A stretch of DNA of 49,316 nt from Octopus bimaculoides (taxonomy: Eukaryota), in assembly GCF_001194135.2 (NCBI RefSeq), contig NC_068989.1:1587799-1637114 (forward strand), read 5' to 3'. The notes under the pieces are model-generated. The model did no database searches. It was not told the origin of the DNA and saw nothing but the letters and a program-made list of their open reading frames with translations. Made by a program: the position numbers and the translations under genes. Positions 48,401-49,316 of this stretch are shown here, piece by piece. Position 1 is the first letter of the stretch. Each line of letters begins with the position of its first letter.

Positions 48401-49316
48401 ACGTTTACAAACTTACAGCCATGTCGTTTTCTCCTGTATGGCAGCGTGACAAGAAATATTTTCTTACTATTTAGATTTAAGGGGTCGTTTTTTCTTTATC
48501 TATTTGCTTTTGTCTCATTTTCATCTTCCTAACCTGTAAACGGAATCTAATACTAATGTAGTGAAAACAGAGCAGGAACGACTAAGGTATAACTAACAGG
48601 AACATACAAATACTTACACAGAGTAGTATTTTAAAAGTCAGAAAGTTTGAAGATTTAAACGCTTTTGTTCTCTTTCCTGTCTAATGTCAAAATAGTCAAA
48701 ATAGTCAAAATATGGGGAGGAAATAATAGAAATTACTGAACGAAAATAAATAAAAAATAAACAGCAATATTTAAAAAGTAATAATAATAAAGAAAGATAG
48801 CAGAAGATTGACGAATAGACAAAATGATTGAAGCAGACGACCCCCTGCGTTTTCGTTACGTCCTACCGTTTGATTAGAAAGAAAGTGAAGAAGAGCAGAG
48901 ATAGATATAATAGAAGACAAACAGACAAGCAGATAGACAGAACAACTGAAGCATAGATATCTCTTGTTCTTGGTACTTTCACATGTTAAGCTTGTTGTGT
49001 ATTTTTTAATAGAAAAAACAGAAGGCTATCATCGAAATATATAGGCCTAAAAAAAAATTAAACTGAATGTTACTACTTACTCGAGTTCACTCTTATGTTA
49101 TTGTTGCTGGAAATTGTAACATATTAGAGAAAAATTATAAAAGCATAGCCTGAATTTTCGTTTTTTTTTTTCTCTTAGTTTTGCCGTGCTTTTTACTCCG
49201 TAATGTTATATGTTGTGTGTGTGTGTGTGTGTGTGTGTGTATTTGCGTGTGTGTTGTGTGCGCGTGTGTATTTATGTGTGTGTGTGTGTGTTATAAATTA
49301 CAAAATCAATTTTTAC

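Overview
AT-rich, repeat-dense eukaryotic genomic DNA from a draft scaffold with about 10 N-gaps. The repeat complement (tRNA-derived CORE-type and Meta-type SINEs, Penelope-like tails, abundant CA/TA/GA/AAT microsatellites) points to a coleoid cephalopod, most likely Octopus (inference, not a database result). No host protein-coding gene can be called with confidence. Nearly all ORFs in the supplied track come from microsatellites, N-gaps or the antisense strand of transposon fragments. Recognisable coding remnants are all mobile elements: a Penelope-like GIY-YIG endonuclease (6799-7080, -), an R4/Dong-type RLE LINE 3' end (8476-8658, +), a CR1/L2-type LINE 3' end (~21230-21530, -), a Tc1 transposase C-terminus (39470-39780, -) and a CRE-type RLE LINE 3' end (41746-42160, -). 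There are also a hAT MITE, a Tc1/mariner-type foldback MITE and more than 20 SINE copies. The most interesting signal is in the Penelope terminal repeat. It carries a minimal hammerhead ribozyme motif (4 copies) directly downstream of a tRNA-like A/B-box Pol III cassette, seen at two independent loci. Its insertions have TSDs, and two of them have 3' ends pointing outward on both sides. A second family has the same hammerhead architecture with a non-canonical core (CUGUUGA) and may be a polymorphic insertion. A few weak exon candidates, a perfect 20-bp palindrome and several hairpins are flagged for follow-up.
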